Assembly: GCF_963921235.1 (NCBI RefSeq)
Contig: NC_086108.1
Span: 111,354,001 to 111,418,000, forward strand
DNA length: 64,000 nucleotides
DNA from: Mobula hypostoma
Taxonomy: Eukaryota
Direction: 5' to 3'
Shown in pieces: positions 1 to 11,562 of this stretch. Each line of letters starts with the position of its first letter. The first letter of the stretch is position 1. Position numbers and translations under genes: made by a program. The notes beneath the pieces are model-generated. The model was not told where the DNA came from. It saw only the letters and a list, made by a program, of their open reading frames with translations, and did no database searches.

Positions 1-1145
1 TGTGACCTGATCCGGTTCATTCTCTAGTACTAGATCTAGTATGGCATTCCCCCTGGTCGGTCTGTCCACATACTGTGACAGGAATCCATCCTGGACACAC
101 TTAACAAACTCTGCCCCATCTAAACCCTTGGAACTAATCAGGTGCCAATCAATATTAGAGAAGTTAAAGTCACCCATGATAACAACCCTGTTATTTTTGC
201 ACCTTTCCAAAATCTGCCTCCCAATCTGCTCCTCTGTATCTCTGCTGCTACCAGGGGGCCTATAGAATACCCTCAAAAGAGTAACTGCTCCCTTCCTGTT
301 CCTGACTTCCACCCATATTGACTCAAAAGAGGATCCTGCTACATTACCCACCCTTTCTGTAGCTGTAATAGTATCCCTGACCAGTAATGCCACCCCTCCT
401 CCCCTTCTTCCACCCTCCCCATCCCTTTCAAAGCACTGAAATCCAGGAATATTGAGAATCCATTCCTGCCCTGGTGCCAGCCAAGTCTCTGTAATGGCCA
501 CTAAATCATAATTCCATGTATGTATCCAAGCTCTCAGTTCATCACCTTTGTTCCTGATGTTTCCTGCAATGAAGTACACGCACTTTAGCCCTTCTACCTT
601 ACTGTCTTTACACCGTTTATTCTGCTTCTCTTTCCTCAAAGCCTCTTTATATGTTAGATCTGGGTTTACTCCATGCAATTCTTTCACTGCTCTATCGCTC
701 TGGGTCCCATTCCCCTCGCAAATTAGTTTAAACCCTCCCGAACCATGCTAGCAAACCTACTTGCAAGGATATTGCTCCCCCTCGAGTTCAGGTGCAACCC
801 ATCCAATCTGTACAGGTCCCACCTTCCCCAGAAGATATCCCAATGATCTAAAAATCTAAAACCCTGCTCCCTGCACCAACTCCTCAGCCACACATTCAAC
901 TGCCATCTCCTCCCATTCTTACCATCTCTGTCATATAGCACTGGTAGTAATCCTGAGAACGCCACCCTTGAGGTCCTGTTCTTCAGCCTTCTGCCTAGTT
1001 CCCAAAACTCACACTTCAGGACCTCATTCTTCTTCCTGCCTATGTCGTTGGTCCCAACATGTATCATGACTTCTGGTTGCTTTCCCTCTCGTACCAGGAT
1101 ATCATGCACCTGGTCAGAGACATCCCGGACTCTGGCACCCGGGAT
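1..1145 (-). mobile_element. CR1-clade LINE, 5' part (ORF1 SGNH esterase and start of ORF2 endonuclease), continuing left of the window
   Basis: ORF 723-1109 has the esterase motifs VMIHVGTNDIG and DGLHL. Bases 1-545 are near-identical to the endonuclease region of the CR1 at 13830-14370. Confidence 0.9.
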
Positions 1146-4100
1146 GTGTGGGTAGAAACTCTTCTAATCCTTTGGCCATGATGGAGGTAAATATTCTATA
1201 ATTCACATTAAGAACAGATATTGGTCTAAATGACCCACATTCCATTTTATCCTTGCCTTCTTTCGGTATAGCTGAGATTATCGCCTCCTTCCAGCTGGGT
1301 GGCATTTGTGCCTTTCTCATGGCCCAGTTCAGTGTGAGGAGTAAAACAGGGATTAACTCACTTCTAAACTCTTTATACCACTCTGCCGTATATCTATCTG
1401 TTCCTGGTGACTTGCTTAATTTAAGCCTCCTAATTGCAGTTTTTAGTTCAGCTTCAGTTATGTCAGCAGTCATCGTTCTATTTTGTTCTTTGCTTAAAGT
1501 GGGTAACTCTAAAGAATTCAGGAAGGTGTCAATTTGGGTTATGCTTCCCCCTGGAACTTTGGAACATAGAGTTTGTAAAACATTTCAAAAGCTTCTTGAA
1601 TTTCACTTAGCTTATTTTTTTTTTATCACTTTTGCTCTTGGATCCCTCATTCTATAAATTGTATTTTCTGCGACTGTATCTTTTTTTTCAGTTTCCACGC
1701 TACTATTTTCATAGATTTAGATCCACTTTCATAGTGTCTCTGTTTCAGAAATATTAATTTTTTTTCTAATTTCTTGTGTAGCCAAACTATTAATTTCATT
1801 CCTAGTTTTTTAAATTTCTCCTAGTGTATCCTGTGCCAAACTCAGTTTGTGTTTTTCTCTAGTTCCTCCAGCTTATTTTGTAATTCCTCTAATGTTTTAT
1901 TCCTTTTTTTTCTTATATGATGATATCGCTATAATTTTCCCTCTTAAGACAGCCTTCAGAGTATCCAATAGAATGGGTGGTGAAACCTCTCCATTATCAT
2001 TGAATTCTAAGTAAAGACCAATTTCTTTTTTAATTTGTTCCTTAAAATAGGGATCATTGAGTAGACTTGAATTTAGTTTCCAAATAGTATTCTTTGGTTG
2101 TAGGTCAAAATCAACAGATAAATATATAGGTGCATGATCACTTACATCTATTGTCCCAATTCCACAGGTGATTATTTTGTCTCTATCTTTTCCCAAATGT
2201 TATGAAATAGTCTATTCCTGTATATACGGAATGGGGGGCAGAATAATGAGTGTAATCCCTTCTGTCAGGGAAAAGGTCCCTCCATATATCAATTAGACAA
2301 CATCCTCAAAAAGAGTGTTAACTTTCTTATGTAGGGACTTTATTTCATAAGTTTTTCTATTGGAAGAGTCTAACTTTGCTTGTAATTGTAAATTTAAGTC
2401 TCCCCCACATATCAAGAGATTTTCTGTTTCCGTTACCATAATATTGGTAACTTCCTGGAAGAAACTAATATCACTTCCTGGGGGTGCATATATATTCAAT
2501 AAAGTAACTGGATTTCCCTCTATATTCCCCCTTACCAGAATATATCTGCCCTCCTTATCTCCCATTTCGAATACTTTTTCAAAATTTAGCTTACTTGAGA
2601 TGAGAATAGCAATTCCTCTTCTATGTCCTGCTTTATATGAGGAGAAAAACAAATTAGTGAAGCCCATTCTCTTTAATTTTCCATGCTCATTATGATTTAA
2701 GTGAGTTTCCTGTAAATATACAACATGGGCTTGTTCTTTTTTCATTTTTGATAGAATTTTACTGTGCTTGACTGGATTCAACAGCCCATTGACATTAAAA
2801 GAAATGAAGTTTACTTTGTCCTTAGCCACATGTGTTTATCTGTTAGTATATCATTGAAATTTGCAGAACATATTAATCGATCTACTCCCTGAACAAATAA
2901 GAGTCAAGAAATGCAAATAATAAAAAAAAAAGGATAACAAGGGTGTGATTCCAAGGCTGGGGTCTCTAGATGACCCTGGGTTGAGCTAGAAGGAAAGTCT
3001 AGCTGTGGGGGATAGTCCCTCCTACCTGTGGGTTGAGGGCCCCCATTGCAGTACCTGTAAAAGTAAGTAAAACAAAAACTATGTCCATTGCACAGAAATG
3101 ATTTCCCTGTGTATTCCTCCCATGTATATATTCTCATTTAGGTGGGGAAAAAGGAATGAATAAATTAATTTTTAAAAATTGAGTAATATAAAATCCACAT
3201 TATAATACGTATTTCTCGAGATAGGTATATCACCGTCTACTTTTACTTCCGTTTAGTTTATCAGCACTTTAAAAGTTAGCCAAACCTTATGGCTCTGCTG
3301 GAGGAGGTGAGGGCTGTCCTTGGAGAACTCACAGTCTATTCCCAATATCCTTCTCTTGTCTTCCTCCCATCCTCTGCTTTCTCGGTTCTCTTACTATTTC
3401 CCAAGCAGTTCGGGATAACTGCTCAGCCAGACTTTCCCTTGGATTGACCACGCTAAAGGACAGTCCTCTGTTCTTCATGTCTGTAGTCGCCTCTTCCACC
3501 ATCTGATATAGTCGTATCCCTTCTTGGTAAAATACCCTCAGTTTAGCAGGGTACGGGGTTTGGAATTTAATCTTTTCTTACTTTAATATTCGTTTTGCTT
3601 CAGAGTATTCCTTTCGTTTCTGTAGGACCGCCTGGGGGTAATCATGATCGAAGTATATTAACTTTCCGTTCCGAAAAACCCTCTTCTTACCCCAGACCCT
3701 TCGTAGAATCTCTGCCTTGCTCTTGAATCGAAGGAATCTAAGTACTATTGAGCGTGGCTTACTTTCTCTGTCTCCGGGAGGCCTCGGGACGAGTGAACAA
3801 TGTGCCCTTTCATTTTTAATCTCCATAGTTGGGGGAATCTTCAGCGCGTCCCGCAGTAGCTTGTCTACAAAGTCTATCATCGATAATCCCTCCGCTCCTT
3901 TGGGAACTTTATAAATCCTGATATTTTTCCGTTGCGACCTTCCCTCCTGGTCAAGCAATTTATTTTCCTGTTGATTTAATATTTTTATTGTCTTACTTAG
4001 TATCTGTTCCACGTTTTGCAAGCGATCTTCCACCTTCTCAATTTGAGTCTCTGCCATCGCTATTTTCTGATTGACGTTGGCGAGCTCTGACTTTATATCA

Positions 4101-4163
4101 TTGAGTTGCTGTTTTATATCTTTTTGGATTTCCCTTATCTCTTCCAGAATCCTCATCATATTT

Positions 4164-4976
4164 CCCTCCTGGCACTTATCCGTGTAAGCGGAACAAGTGC
4201 TACACATGCCCTTACACTTCCTCCCTTACCACCATTCAGGGCCCCAAACAGTCCTTCCAGGTGAGGCATCACTTCACCTGTGAGTCGACTGGGGTGATAT
4301 ACTGCGTCCGGTGCTCCCGATGTGGCCTTTTATATATTGGTGAGACCCGACACAGACTGGGAGACCGCTTTGCTGAACATCTACGCTCTGTCCGCCAGAG
4401 AAAGCAGGATCTCCCAGTGGCCACACATTTTAATTCCACATCCCATTCCCATTCTGACATGTCTATCCACGGCCTCCTCTACTGTAAAGATGAAGCCACA
4501 CTCAGGTTGGAGGAACAACACCTTATATTCCGTCTGGGTAGCCTCCAACCTGATGGCATGAACATCGACTTCTCTAACTTCCGCTAAGGCCCCACCTCCT
4601 CCTCGTACCCCATCTGTTACTCATTTTTATGCACACATTCTTTCTCTCACTCTCCTTTTTCTCCCTCTGTCCCTCTGAATATACCTCTTGCCCATCCTCT
4701 GGGTCACCCCCCCCCGTCTTTCTTCCCGGACCTCCTGTCCCATGATCCTCTCGTATCCCCTTTTGCTTATCACCTGTCCAGCTCTCGGCTCTATCCCTCC
4801 CCCTCCTGTCTTCTCCTATCATTTTGCATCTCCCCCTCCCCCTCCAGCTTTCAAATCCCTTACTCACTCTTCCTTCAGTTAGTCCTGACGAAGGGTCTCA
4901 GCCTGAAACGTCGACTGCGCCTCTTCCTATAGATGCTGCTTGGCCTGCTGCTTTCACCAGCAACTTTGATGTGTGT
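4164..4976 (+). mobile_element. Penelope-like element 3' fragment (GIY-YIG endonuclease plus pLTR) inserted in L1 ORF1
   Basis: ORF 4261-4587 FTCESTGVIYCVRCSRCGLLYIGET...RFAEH...G.N. A 14-bp TSD tcctcatcatattt lies at 4150-4163 and 4977-4990. Confidence 0.92.
4881..4916 (+). ncRNA. Minimal type I hammerhead ribozyme in the Penelope pLTR
   Basis: AGTC-CTGACGA-AGG(gtctcag)CCT-GAAAC-GTC-GACT: intact core, stems I and II, and a palindromic ACGT stem III. Confidence 0.85.
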
Positions 4977-5252
4977 TCCTCATCATATTTGCTGCTTTGC
5001 CTGCATGAGGCCCAGCGTCAGCTTCGCCACCACGCGCACGTGTGGGAGAGCCGCTCGCTGTACCTCTCTCTTCCATGGGCTCCGCAGTGATGCTTTTTTA
5101 TCTCCATTCTTTCTCCCTATCCTTGCCCCCCTTATCAATTCAGATATTTTCGTAAGATCTTATATTTGATGGATTAATGGGGTAAAATATGCATTTTTCC
5201 AGAGGAGCTGTTGATTCAAGCTGCCATTCTGAACGATGACGTCACCGGAACC

Positions 5253-7290
5253 ATGGATTGAGATTCTAAGGTAGAGAAAGGTCAGTTTTGATGGTATCAG
5301 AAATGTTCTGGCAAGTGTGGATTGGGACAGGCTGTTTTCTGTCAAAGATGAACCTGGTAACTGGGAAGCCTTCAAAAGGGAAATTTTGAGAGTACAAAGC
5401 TTGTATACACCTGTCAGTATAAAAGGTACAGATAACAGGTGTACAGAACCTTGGTTTTCAGGAGATAGTGAGGACCTGGTTAAGAAATAAAGGAGGTGCA
5501 TGGCAGATATAGGCAGGTATGGATGAGTGAGGTGCTTACGGAGTATAAGAAATGCAAGAGAACACTTAAAGAAATGAGGAGGGCTAAAAGAAAGCATGAG
5601 GTTGCCCTAGCAGACAAGGTGAGGGAGAATCCTAGGGGATTCTACAGATATGTTAAGGGCAAAAGGATTGCAAGGGACAAAATTGGTCCTCTGGAAGATC
5701 AGAACAGTGATCCATATGTGGAGCCAAAAGAGATGGAGGAGATCTCAAATAACTTTTTTGCATCTGGATTTACTCGGGAGATGGACACAGAGTCTATAGA
5801 AGTGAGACAAAGTGGCATCAACTTCTTGGGCTCTATACAGATAACAGAGGAGGAGGTGTTTGTTGTCTTCAAGCTAATTAGGGGAGATAAATCCCCAGGA
5901 ACGGATATGGTTTTCCCTCGCATCCTGTAGGAGGCAAGTGCAGAGATTGCCAGGGCCCCAGCGGAGATGTTTAAATCACCCTTAGCAACATGGGAGGTAC
6001 CAGAGGATTGAAGAACAGCCAATGTTGATCCACTGTTTAAGAAAGGCTCTGAAATTATACCAGGAAATTATAGGCCGGTGAGCCTGACATCAGTAGTGGG
6101 ACACTAATTGAAAGGAGAATGAAGGGATCAGATATATCAATCAAAGTACATTTATTGTCGAAGAATGTATAATCTTGAGATTTGTTTGCTTACAGGCAGC
6201 CACAAAGCAAGAAACCCAAACAACCCAATTTTCAAAAAGACCATAGCCAGCTCATGGAGAAAGAGGAAAATAAAACACACATCATACAAATGTGTATTTG
6301 GATAGACGTAGAATGATTAAGAATAGTCAGCATGGCTTCTTGTGTGGTAGGTCGTGTCTAACCAATCTGAAAGAGTTTTTTGAGGAAGGTAGACCATAAG
6401 ACTATAAGACAAAGGAGCAGAAGTCGACCATTAGGCCCATCGAGTCTGCTCCGCCATTTTATCATGAACTGATCCATTCTCCCATTTAGTCCCACTCCCT
6501 CTCCTTCTCACCATAACCTTTGATGCCCTGGCTACTCAGATACCTATCAATCTCTGCCTTAAATACACCCAATGACTTGGCCTTCACTGCCGCCCGTGGC
6601 AACAAATTCCATCGATTCACCACCCTCTGACTAAAAATATTTCTTCGCATTTCTGTTCTGAATGGGCGCCCTTCAATCCTTAAGTCATGCCCTCTCGTAC
6701 CAGACTCCCCCATCATGGGAAACAACTTTGTCACATCCACTCTGTCCATGCCTTTCAACATTCGAAATGTTTCTATGAGGTCCCCCCTCATTCTTCTAAA
6801 CTCCAAGGAATACAGTCCAAGAGCGGACAAACGTTCCTCATATGTTAACCCTCTCATTCCCGGAATCATTCTAGTGAATCTTCTCTGTACCCTCTCCAAC
6901 GTCAGCACATCCTTTCTTAAATAAGGAGACCAAAACTGCCCACAGTACTCCAAGTGAGGTCTCACCAGCGCCTTATAGAGCCTCGACATCACATCCCTGC
7001 TCCTATAATCTATTCCTCTAGAAATGAATGCCACTACTGAGATAGAGAGGGACTACAACTAGAGATCATGTGTTAAGGGTGAAAGGTACGAGTGTAGAAC
7101 AAGCTGCCAGTGCAAGTGGTGCCTGAGAGCTGAATTTCAATGTTTAAGAGAAGTTTGGATAGGTACATGGATGGTAGGGGTATGGAGGGCGATGGTTCTG
7201 GTGCAGGTCAATGGGAGTAGGTAATTTAAATGGTTCAGCACAAGCAAAATAGGCTGAAAGGCCTGTTTCTATACTGTAATTTTTTATGAC
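5253..7290. mobile_element. Cluster of CR1 fragments (+ strand ORF2 pieces 5253-6390 and 7040-7290; - strand 3' end 6392-7034)
   Basis: ORFs 5496-5930 and 6486-7034 (LYKALVRPHLEYC, RGDLIE) and a (taagac)n-type tail. Confidence 0.85.
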
Positions 7291-8298
7291 GCTATAAGTA
7301 CTCTTCACAACCCAGATGAGCACACTGATGCAGAACACAGCCGAAAGGAGGAAGCATTCATCATGAAGGATCTCCACCGCCCAGGGCATATGTTCTTCTC
7401 ACTGCTGGCATCGGGCCAGATGTACAGGAGACTTAAATCCCACACCACCTGCTTCAGGAACAGCATGAATAACTTCACTCACATCAACTCTGAACTGATT
7501 GCACAAACCTACAGACTCCCTTTCAACGTCTCTACAACTCATGTTCAGTGTATTATTTCTTTTAAGTTATTTGTGCACACTTTGCCTTCTTTTGCAGATT
7601 GGTTGCTTGTCACTTGCTGTTTATGTATAGTTTTTCATATCTATATTTCTTTATTTTTCTGTGAATGCCTGCAAGAAAATGAATCTCAGGGCTGTATATG
7701 GTCAACTGTTATCCATGCCTTTTATTCTAACAGGAACATACAAACTCTGTACTCTCAAAATTTTACTTTTGAAGGCCTCCGAGCACTGCTTTGCTGGAAA
7801 ACAACCCTTTCCATATTACAGTAGTGACCTGACCCACCCTGGATATTCTTACTTCTCTCCTCTCCCGCCAGGCAGAAAATACAAAAGCTTGAAAATATGT
7901 ACCACTGGGCTTGAGGACAACCTCCATCTCACTGTTATCCGTCCCGAGTATGAAAAGACGGACTGGACTCTTGACCTCACAATCTATCCTGTTATAGCCT
8001 CACACCTTATTGTCTACTTGCACTGCACCTCCCGTGTAAGTGTAACTCTTTATTGTGCATTTCATTGCTTCCCCTTGCACTGCTGTGATGAAATGATCTG
8101 TATGGACAGTATGCAAGGCAGGTCTTTCACTGTAGCTCAGTACATATGACAACAATAAACCAATTTACCAGTCTTACACCAGAAAGGCTTGTTTGTGGTT
8201 TAATTTATTCAGTCGTTGTCACAATAATTGCATCACCATTTGAGTGAAATCATTCATCAAGACAGCTATATTGTTCACAATTGTTGATGAATGAATAT

Positions 8299-8304
8299 TT
8301 TATT
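8299..8304 (-). promoter_or_regulatory. Probable polyadenylation signal of vtg (AATAAA); a second AATAAA lies at 8204-8209
   Basis: tttatt on the + strand about 160 nt downstream of the stop codon, in unique sequence. Confidence 0.6.
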
Positions 8305-8461
8305 CAGATTTTAAAATTCCTGATTAAATTACACATTTCCTGCTTCAGAGTATCTCAGCCATTCAGCAAAGCGTGGCCGTGTAAATCCTCGGCCAAAAAA
8401 CAAATATTTGGCAATGTAGAAGAGGAAGATAAGCTCTATACTGTAGACAGACATGGTGACC

Positions 8462-8571
8462 TTATGTCTTGGCACACTGACATGTGCAGTCTGTGTGTGA
8501 GTCTGTAGGGAGACTGATGTGTGTTGCTCTCCAATGGAAGCTGGACATGGTAGATGCATTCACAGCGCGAT
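8462..8571 (-). CDS. vtg: Vitellogenin last coding exon
   Basis: tattggcag| then phase-1 entry; RAVNASTMSSFHWRATHISLPTDSHTDCTCQCAKT-TAA, with the typical D.H..C.C..C Vtg ending. Confidence 0.93.
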
Positions 8572-9230
8572 CTGCCAATAGATTAATACATGCTTGACTA
8601 ACAGAACAGAAAGAAACAGGAGCAAGAGAAAGACACACAAAACTCAGTAGGTCAGTCAGCATCTGTGGAGAGGAATGTTTCAGGTCCAGTCCCTTCATTC
8701 TCCACAGTTGCTGAAGACCTTTATCAAATCTCCTCTTATTTTCCTGTGCTGTACGGAATAAAGTCCTAATCTATTCAACCTTTCCCTGTGACTCTGGTCA
8801 AATCCAACCAACATCCTTGTAAATTTTATCTGTGCCCTTCTTCTGGTTCTAGTCTCACCTAACCTCAGTGGAAAATACCTGCTTGTATTTACCCTATTTT
8901 TACCCCTCATAATTTGGTATACTTCTATCAAATCTCCTACACTCTACGGAATAAGGTCCTAACCTATTCAACCATTCCCTATGACTCAGGTCCTCAAATC
9001 CTGGCAACATCCATATAAGGTTTCTCTGAACTCTTCCAATCTTATTGATTTCTTTCCTGTAGGTAGGAGACGAAAACTGCACTCAATACTCCAAATTAGG
9101 TCTCACCAATGTCTTATACAATTTCAACAGAACAGCCTAATTTGTATACTCAGTATTTTGTGTTCTCAATCCACAATATTCAGTTACTTTCACTTCTCAT
9201 GTTGGTTTTCTGTCAATAGAGTGGACTTAC

Positions 9231-9392
9231 TGGAGGGTACGCAGTGGAAGTTGACATGACGAGACCGAGTTTCCATAGGTGTACATTGGGCCAGGCACCG
9301 CTGTACTGGTTCGACTGAATAGCATCTAGATGCCTGTCCTTCAAAATCAATGATCCTTCCCAATTCCACAAATTCCCGTCGGACTCGGCAGT
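9231..9392 (-). CDS. vtg: Vitellogenin penultimate exon, Cys-rich C-terminal peptide
   Basis: ttgaatttcag|...|gtaagt; 162 nt, phase 1 to 1. CRVRREFVELGRIIDFEGQASRCYSVEPVQRCLAQCTPMETRSRHVNFHCVPS has the CYSVEPV.RC and FHC motifs. Confidence 0.96.
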
Positions 9393-9487
9393 CTGAAATT
9401 CAACGGAGGGACATTATTGTAACAGGAACAACGCAGGTCCAATGGTGCTTCCATTTACATGATCTACACTGGGGTGGACTCACTCAC

Positions 9488-9638
9488 CATCTTTGCAGGA
9501 GGTTCCTGGACACAACCAGGACTCGAAAAGGTGCTCCACGTCTCTGGCCTCCTCGTGGTTGGGCATGATCAACTTCTTCTCACCATTGTTGAGGCCACAG
9601 AGTCCACACGTCTTCCCCATCATCTGGTCGAGGGCCGT
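9488..9638 (-). CDS. vtg: Vitellogenin exon, vWD with CGLCG motif
   Basis: ctctatgtgaag|...|gtgagt; 151 nt, phase 0 to 1; TALDQMMGKTCGLCGLNNGEKKLIMPNHEEARDVEHLFESWLCPGTSCKD. Confidence 0.96.
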
Positions 9639-9760
9639 CTTCACATAGAGGCAAAAGTATTAACTACAAAGTTAGCAAACTGGTTAGTACGAATGCTTTA
9701 CACCACTAGTAATCACCAATTGGAACTTGATTCCCACCACTGTCTGTAAGGAGTTTGTAC

Positions 9761-10555
9761 TGTGACGGGGTCCTGAATTACCCCTATAAACTGTGCTTTT
9801 GGAAGAGAGAGAGAGAGGTGCCAAACACAGACACCTTGTTAAAAAGAGAGAGAAAGAAAGAGCGAGAGAGGCAAAGACTGCTCACAGTTTGTTTATACTT
9901 TCCTCAAGGACGCTGCCTGCTTGTAAGTTCTTACAGAGAGAGAAGGGAGGAGCTACTTGAGAGACAGTTGGTATTCAGCACGGTGAGATAAATAGAAGGT
10001 CAGATGATAGACCTACAGACAATGGTTTCGGACACTGAATGAGCTTTGTTGTGCCCACAGAAAAGGTGGGTTTTGGAGGATCAATCAGTGGCTCTTGCAG
10101 TGTGAAAAGGGTGTGACCGGTGGGGAGTTATTTGTGTGTCCGACCCTCGCCTAGGTTGATAATTCCACCACAGAAGAACAGTTCCCTTTGTTGTGGTCAC
10201 AGTCGGTGACTTCTAAAGGATTTCGGAGGACAACGGGAAGATTGACAGCGTCAGCTCACCTGAAGACTCAAATCTCTCTCTCTCCATCACTACTCAACTC
10301 AATACCATGAACTAAACTGAACTTTACTCATTATTGTAAGACTGTATCTATTTACCCCTAGACTTGAAAAAGCTTGGTTTTCATATATATTCCACACTTA
10401 CTTATATATAATCATTGCTAACCTGTTTGATATATCTGCATTTATGTTACTGTACTGCGTAGTTACTAATAAATACTATTAGTTAATAGCAATACTGGAC
10501 TCCAAAGTGTTTTCCATTTCTGCTGGTTCTTTAACCCGTCACAGGGTACGTGACA
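9761..10555 (+). mobile_element. Solo LTR (795 bp) inserted in a V-SINE-like repeat
   Basis: TG...CA termini and a 4-bp TSD gtac (9757-9760 and 10556-10559). Its 3' end is homologous to the LTR at 61111-62106. Confidence 0.85.
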
Positions 10556-10649
10556 GTACCTTCTCCCTGTGACTGCACAGACTTCCTCTGGGCTTCACCC
10601 ACATTTAAAAGATGTACAGGTTAGGGTTAGTAGGTTGTGGGCATAACCT

Positions 10650-10960
10650 GAAGGGTGGTAGAGTAGTGTAGCTGTTAGTGTAGAGCTGTTACAGTGCTAG
10701 CTACCCTGGTTCAATTCCGCCTGCTGACTGCACCTTCTCCCCATGACTCTGCAGGTTTCCTCCGCGTGCTTGGATTTCCACCCGCATTCCTAAGTTGTAC
10801 AGGTTCGAGTTAATAAATTGTGGACATGCTACAGTATGTTGGTGCCAAAAGCATGGCAATAGTTGCAAAATGTCCCTAGCGCATCCTCAGATTGTGTAGG
10901 TCGTTAATGCAAATGACAGATTTCACTGCACAAGTTTATGTGACAAATAAAACTAATCGT
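10650..10960 (+). mobile_element. tRNA-derived V-SINE-like repeat; related copies at ~9680-9760/10556-10640, ~20130-20380 (-) and ~48403-48690
   Basis: Box-B-like ggttcaattcc followed by a 'ttctccccatgact...gcaggtttcctcc' V-core-like sequence. Confidence 0.6.
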
Positions 10961-11013
10961 CAATATTTAAAAGTTACATTGAAAGCTTTAATCAGTTATT
11001 AAGCTGGAGATAC

Positions 11014-11108
11014 CTGGATTTTCTCCCCATCAAAGTACAAGCTCTCAATACTGATTGACGGGGCTTGCAGAGTAATTCCTATCCCGTTCCTTTGAATGGT
11101 GATGATAT
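11014..11108 (-). CDS. vtg: Vitellogenin exon, vWD
   Basis: tttgttttctag|...|gtatct; 95 nt, phase 1 to 0. IITIQRNGIGITLQAPSISIESLYFDGEKIQ has the L.AP...I..LYFDG motif. Confidence 0.93.
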
Positions 11109-11562
11109 CTAGAAAACAAACAGATTGCTATTTCTTCAATGGGTTTTATAGGCAAACATGCTAACCTGGTAAAACTGCCCAAAATTCAAGTACAGCTCAC
11201 ACACAGAACTACTGAGGCAGTAGAGGATGGAAGGCCATTAAGTTAAGGTTTTGTTTATTATGTGTGATGTGTGTCATTATGTATGACGTGGGTGATCATT
11301 GTCTTTCCATGACCATGATTGTTCTTGGCAAATTTTCTACAGGAGTGGTTTGCTATTGCCTCCTTCTGGGCAGTGTTTACACAAGACGGGTGACCCCTGC
11401 CATTGTCAATACTCTTCAGAGATTGTCTGCCTGCTGTCAGTGGTCACAAACGAGGACTTGTGATCTGCACCGGCTACTCATACGACCATCCACCACCTGC
11501 TCCCATGGCTTCACATGACCCTGTTTGGGGGCTAAGCAGGTGCTAAGCTTGTCCAAGGATGA

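Larger units (their letters stand above)
1146..5252 (-). mobile_element. L1-clade LINE (5' UTR, ORF1, spacer, ORF2 endonuclease and start of RT), degraded and cut off by the CR1 at 1145
   Basis: ORF1 coiled-coil/RRM fragment at 3578-4207 (EGRSQRKNIRI, ERAH, PRSIVLRF). APE domain at 2293-2829 (ISFNVNGL, LQETHL, NIYAP, GGDLN). RT start at 1114-1473 (KSPGTD, FRPISVLN). The 5' end reads ggttccggtgacgtcatc. Confidence 0.9.

Noticed and set aside
7363..8149. ORFs of 153 and 162 aa downstream of vtg
   Set aside because: Chance read-through of Rex-type 3' remnants and a CR1 scrap, with no coherent domain.
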